DNA of 64,000 nucleotides from an uncultured Dialister sp. (GTDB lineage Bacteria; Bacillota; Negativicutes; Veillonellales; Dialisteraceae): NCBI GenBank assembly GCA_900543455.1, contig UQRR01000002.1, positions 7,228 to 71,227 of the forward strand, read 5' to 3'. Shown piece by piece: positions 60,047 to 64,000 of this stretch (position 1 is its first letter; each line of letters starts with the position of its first letter). The notes under the pieces were generated by a model. It saw only the letters and a program-made list of their open reading frames with translations, ran no database searches and was not told where the DNA came from. The position numbers and the translations under genes were made by a program.

Positions 60047-60060
60047 TGCCTTAACTCCTT

Positions 60061-60777
60061 TTATTGCTTATCTTGTTCCATGTAATCTTTGATATGCGTA
60101 ACTTTGATATTCAAATCCGCATCAGACAAATTTGGAAACTCCTTATGCATGGCTTCTTTAAGCGAATCGAAAATAACCATCTGCTCTTCCATGCTCGCTT
60201 TCCCATCCATATAGTTAGAGAAACTTTCTGCATTCTTTACGCCTTTTTCTTTCATGGCATCCATAGTATTTTTCAGCTGCCCAACAGACATATTTCCACT
60301 ATTTACAGCTTGACATGCTCTTTCCCAGTAAATAGGTGGCATGTCCATATTGTATCTTTCTTCCATATTCTTGATATACAGTGCAGAACCCATAGCCGTA
60401 CACATCACTTTATCCGCATCAGAAAGTTTATTGAGTTCCTCTTTATCCAATTGAATGTCATTTCTCAAATGAGCAATATATTTTTCTACCGAACCATAAT
60501 CCTCAGGCTTTTCACCACATTTCTGTGCTTTCAGACCAAGCTCAGCTGGGTCCTCTCCTGCAGGTCTAATTCCCATAATTGTACTAATGGTATTAATAAC
60601 CTCCAAAACCGGTTCTAACCACTTTCCCAGTTTGAGTATTCCGGTCCCAATGTTACCTACGGTTGTCATTATAGCACCACCAATGGTGCTGCAAGCGGTT
60701 CCAATAGTAGCAGCTGCCGTACTAACAGCCCCTGCAACAGCAGCAATTCCGCCTATAATCAATCCAAACATATTCAT
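60061..60777 (-). CDS. glycine-zipper membrane protein (N-terminal GxxxG-rich TM hairpin plus ~180-aa soluble domain)
   Basis: MNMFGLIIGGIAAVAGAVSTAAATIGTACSTIGGAIMTTVGNIGTGILKLG. Resembles the membrane-inserting N-termini of bacteriocins or pore-forming effectors. Confidence 0.45.
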   Translation of the reverse strand: MNMFGLIIGGIAAVAGAVSTAAATIGTACSTIGGAIMTTVGNIGTGILKLGKWLEPVLEVINTISTIMGIRPAGEDPAELGLKAQKCGEKPEDYGSVEKYIAHLRNDIQLDKEELNKLSDADKVMCTAMGSALYIKNMEERYNMDMPPIYWERACQAVNSGNMSVGQLKNTMDAMKEKGVKNAESFSNYMDGKASMEEQMVIFDSLKEAMHKEFPNLSDADLNIKVTHIKDYMEQDKQ

Positions 60778-60896
60778 TCCTCCTTCAAAAATTCCCCATT
60801 CGTATAATTTTTGTCACTAAAACACGCATGTCATGCCAAGTGGTCAGAAAACTGTTGCTCCCAACAAGCAGCAACAGACACCCATCAATGTCTCTA
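60778..60896 (-). terminator. hairpin plus U-tract downstream of the HerA-like gene, followed by a putative promoter for the downstream operon
   Basis: CUGUUGCUGCUUGUUGGGAGCAACAGUUUUCUG on the minus strand. Confidence 0.4.
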
Positions 60897-63800
60897 TTAG
60901 ATATAAGTATCCTGCTTTATAATCCCACAGGCGTCCATTCCCTCAGCTTCAAAATCCCGCAATACTTCTATTTCTTCTTTCAGATACGATGTGAAGAAAA
61001 TGACCAGCAGTTTTTTCGTCTTAGCTTTTACATAATCAGAATCAGATGTATTGTAGGTATCAAATACCCAATTGACTACTTCGTCTACTGACCACAATCC
61101 TGCAGCATGTACCTGTTTCCACAAGTTCCCATAGGCCGCATTATAACCGCTATTCTTCTTAGCCGTTCGACAATTCCAATATTGCAACATCCGAGCCGGT
61201 ATTTTCTCTATAGCAAATTGTACGGCCTTGCCAATAGTTTCTGCGTCACCTTCCAGTGCTTGCTGCGGAAACGGCAAGAAGGAAAACCGACCTTTTTCCT
61301 GTTCCTGCTGATAGTAATGCATAGCGGCTTCTGTCAATTCTGCGTCTGCCAAAGGTGTCTTTGACGTATCTGTATCGTATCCAATTTTCACTAACACTGC
61401 TTTTTCATAGCCATCAGAGAAAACAACCGCCTGACCAGTAAGTAAACTGGAAAGGAAACGCTTCTGATCATTGTCCAGGGCCATAGTATTTCCTACCGCT
61501 TCCTTATCATCCTGGGCAAAAATGCGATGAATGATTTTGGTATTCGTATTTTTCAAAACGTCTGGAGCCATCTTATTGGGAATCTGGTCCACAATGATGA
61601 GGCTTTCCCCATACTTACGGATTTCCGCTAGCATATCCGAGAAAGTTTCTACCCCCAGTTTCTTATTGAGACCATCTCCCGGCTGCCAGCGGCTCAAGAG
61701 ACGATGAGCTTCTTCCACCAACATGATATGGGCATGTTCCTGTCCATCCTTCGCAAATCGTTCTCGGATAGCTTCATTGAAAGCAGCCAAAATGAATCCC
61801 ATGATGAGTGCCTTTTCATTGCCATTTCGGATATTTTCCAGTTCCAATACTACTTTTTTATCCAACAAACCAGCTATATCGATAGAACGAGGCGTATTCA
61901 ACATAGCACCCTTAGCCCCTAAGATCAAACTTTGGAGCATAGCACGGATGGAACCATTGTATTCATCCCGCAGCCTATCATCAAAGCCTTGCTCTTCCAC
62001 CACATGTTTCACTTCTACCAGCAAATCAGAAATAGTAGGAAATGAATCACATCCTGGTGCATAAGGGTCCTTGTACTTTGTATTGAGCGTGAGATTCACA
62101 TCCCAACCTTTTTTCTCATAGCACCGATACAAAGCTGCTTCGATAAGTTGTGGTTCTGCTGCTTGCATTTCAAAGGCTGCTTCCATGCTGGCTTTGATCA
62201 TATCCACATGAGCATCGATAGATTCTTTCGGCTGCAATTCAAAGGGATTCAGGCGGAATGGGGCTACTTGGTCATTTCCCAAAGTGAAGACCAATAAGTC
62301 CTTACAAGCCGCTTCCTGTTTCAAAATGCGATACTCCGTCTTTGCCGGTTCAATCACCAGGAAAGGCAGCTGGCTCTGCAGCAAAATTCGATGACAAGTG
62401 GTAGTCTTTCCACTACCCGTAACACCTGCCACAAAAACATGTTTATCTAAACTATCCTTATCCAGATAGACCGGCAATGTCTCGACTTCCACCCCATCCT
62501 GAAGCAGATTGCCCAAATCAATACAATCCTCTTTCTCTGGTTTTTCATAATTCAAACCAAATTCCACTTGTTCCCGGAGCTTCATACCGATGACTTCTCG
62601 TTGGGGAAGTCCTGCGATAAGGGCCAGTTCATTGGTAGAAATCCAATTACTCAAAGGCGAAATCCCATCCACTCTCACATCTTGTGACAAGAAAGCACGC
62701 TCTTTTCTCTGGTCTGTAGGTACTTTCCCTTCTGGGATAAGGAAATTCTTCATGCAGGTTCTTTGTGGATTGTACTCATTGATTCGGATCGCTTCCAAAG
62801 GCACTCTATTCCCTGCCTTTCCGGAATAGAGGGCCAGTGCTGTATTTTCCAACCGTTGCTGACATAAAGGATTATCAGACATCACATAGAAAGCAGACAT
62901 ATAGAGCCCTTTGCCTCGGCCATAGTCCAACCGTGGAAATAGGACTTCGTCACAATATTTGAGCCACTCCTGAGCACACTTATTGAGATATTCTTGGGTA
63001 TAGGATTCAGATATTCCTTGGGAAGTTCCCTCTGAAGAACCTTCACTATAAGAGTGTCCTTGGCTGTGACTACTTCCGGTCTGCTGAGAAGTGCTAGATC
63101 CTTCCGACTGATTAAAAGAGTGCCCATCTGTATGACTGGCTGTATTCCCCTTAGTATCTGTATCTGAAGAACCTTCTGACCCATTTTCCGAAGTGTTATA
63201 TTCAGAAGATCCATGAGATGTTGCCTTTCCAGTGCTTGTGCTCTTGGCATGACTATGACTATCGCTCGTCCCACGAGTATCACTTACGTTTGTACCATGA
63301 GATTCACTGCGATTTTCTCCAGTCGAAGTGCTTGTACTGGTAGACTCATTCTGATTGGTGCCTTTATTTATTGATTGACTCTGGCTATTACTTTCATTCT
63401 GTCCATGCTGCACAGAGTACTTGCTATAAGTACTCAGCATAGAATAGGCTTCCTGCAAATTCTTTTCGATAGATGCAATCCGTTCCTGATCCATAGATTC
63501 TGCCACAATAAGCACGCAGAAAGGACTGCCCCGCATGACATCCACCAAGCGATCTACTCCTTGAAACTCTTCTCCATCTTTGATAGCACCAGCCACACCT
63601 TCGATACGAGCAGCGTATTTCATTTTCCGCATGCTGCGAAGGACATTGTCTTTTTCAATCACTCCCAATTCATCTACCTGACAGCCCCGGAAATTGCCTT
63701 TTAAACTGGCCTGCAATACATGGCTTCCTAAACTAGGGATATTAGCCCCGTTCTCATCAGGGCGAGCACGAGATAAGCCGTAATAAAACTTCACCCCCTC

Positions 63801-64000
63801 AGGACTCCCCATGATGAGGTACAGAAAATTGATGCCCGGCATACGTACCGCGCTCAGCATATTTTCCAAAGCTTCCTTACGAGGCGCTTCATCGCTATCA
63901 TCAAAGGTGATTTTCTTCACCTGATATAAGATGATATCTTGATCCTTGAAATCTTCCTCTTTGATAGGCATCACTTTCACATTCGGATCTTTCGTCAGAT
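60897..64000 (-). CDS. large HerA/FtsK-like P-loop ATPase with an uncharacterised N-terminal domain and an S/T/G/N-rich disordered linker; 5' end runs off the window
   Basis: Walker A HVFVAGVTGSGKTTT followed by ...LVIEPAKTEY (HerA-like DPHGEY context), Walker B/DExx-like HIMLVEEAHRLL, and an arginine-finger-like region. The N-terminal ~200 aa precede about 150 aa of STSTSTGENRSESHG low complexity. The frame stays open to coordinate 64000. Confidence 0.65.
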   Translation of the reverse strand, partial: LTKDPNVKVMPIKEEDFKDQDIILYQVKKITFDDSDEAPRKEALENMLSAVRMPGINFLYLIMGSPEGVKFYYGLSRARPDENGANIPSLGSHVLQASLKGNFRGCQVDELGVIEKDNVLRSMRKMKYAARIEGVAGAIKDGEEFQGVDRLVDVMRGSPFCVLIVAESMDQERIASIEKNLQEAYSMLSTYSKYSVQHGQNESNSQSQSINKGTNQNESTSTSTSTGENRSESHGTNVSDTRGTSDSHSHAKSTSTGKATSHGSSEYNTSENGSEGSSDTDTKGNTASHTDGHSFNQSEGSSTSQQTGSSHSQGHSYSEGSSEGTSQGISESYTQEYLNKCAQEWLKYCDEVLFPRLDYGRGKGLYMSAFYVMSDNPLCQQRLENTALALYSGKAGNRVPLEAIRINEYNPQRTCMKNFLIPEGKVPTDQRKERAFLSQDVRVDGISPLSNWISTNELALIAGLPQREVIGMKLREQVEFGLNYEKPEKEDCIDLGNLLQDGVEVETLPVYLDKDSLDKHVFVAGVTGSGKTTTCHRILLQSQLPFLVIEPAKTEYRILKQEAACKDLLVFTLGNDQVAPFRLNPFELQPKESIDAHVDMIKASMEAAFEMQAAEPQLIEAALYRCYEKKGWDVNLTLNTKYKDPYAPGCDSFPTISDLLVEVKHVVEEQGFDDRLRDEYNGSIRAMLQSLILGAKGAMLNTPRSIDIAGLLDKKVVLELENIRNGNEKALIMGFILAAFNEAIRERFAKDGQEHAHIMLVEEAHRLLSRWQPGDGLNKKLGVETFSDMLAEIRKYGESLIIVDQIPNKMAPDVLKNTNTKIIHRIFAQDDKEAVGNTMALDNDQKRFLSSLLTGQAVVFSDGYEKAVLVKIGYDTDTSKTPLADAELTEAAMHYYQQEQEKGRFSFLPFPQQALEGDAETIGKAVQFAIEKIPARMLQYWNCRTAKKNSGYNAAYGNLWKQVHAAGLWSVDEVVNWVFDTYNTSDSDYVKAKTKKLLVIFFTSYLKEEIEVLRDFEAEGMDACGIIKQDTYI

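Overview
This 64-kb window is chromosomal DNA from a moderately GC-rich (~55%) Firmicutes-type genome, possibly a diderm Negativicute given prophage spanin-like genes. From left to right it contains the following.

- **Rpn gene:** a PD-(D/E)XK 'Rpn/transposase_31'-like gene.
- **Riboflavin operon:** ribD-ribE-ribBA-ribH on the minus strand, controlled by an FMN riboswitch.
- **Repeat-filled noncoding region:** about 1 kb, next to a polytopic membrane protein gene.
- **Cell-shape cluster (minus strand):** mreB-mreC-mreD-PBP2-MinD-like-rodA plus a TIGR03960-type radical SAM gene.
- **Prophage:** a ~34-kb siphovirus-like prophage (about 17.9-52.0 kb) integrated at the 3' end of tRNA-Arg(CCG), with 78-bp attL/attR direct repeats. 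It encodes a lysis cassette with overlapping spanin-like ORFs, tail genes with a -1 frameshift chaperone pair, HK97-type head and packaging genes, replication and recombination genes, a CI/Cro switch with four operators, an Abi_2 moron and a tyrosine integrase.
- **Post-prophage genes:** alanine racemase and two tandem DUF445 paralogs.
- **Low-GC accessory island (56-64 kb):** independently transcribed cassettes (an acidic 120-aa protein, a 201-aa protein, a Sel1-repeat protein) that each carry the same promoter/terminator module. Next to them is an operon of a Gly-zipper membrane protein and a 204-aa protein, beside a >1000-aa HerA/FtsK-like P-loop ATPase that runs off the window.

The HerA-like island is the best candidate for an undescribed (possibly defence or conflict) system. 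A REP/MITE-like family of heptamer tandem repeats plus ~150-bp hairpin-rich elements is inserted in several intergenic sites, including inside operons.
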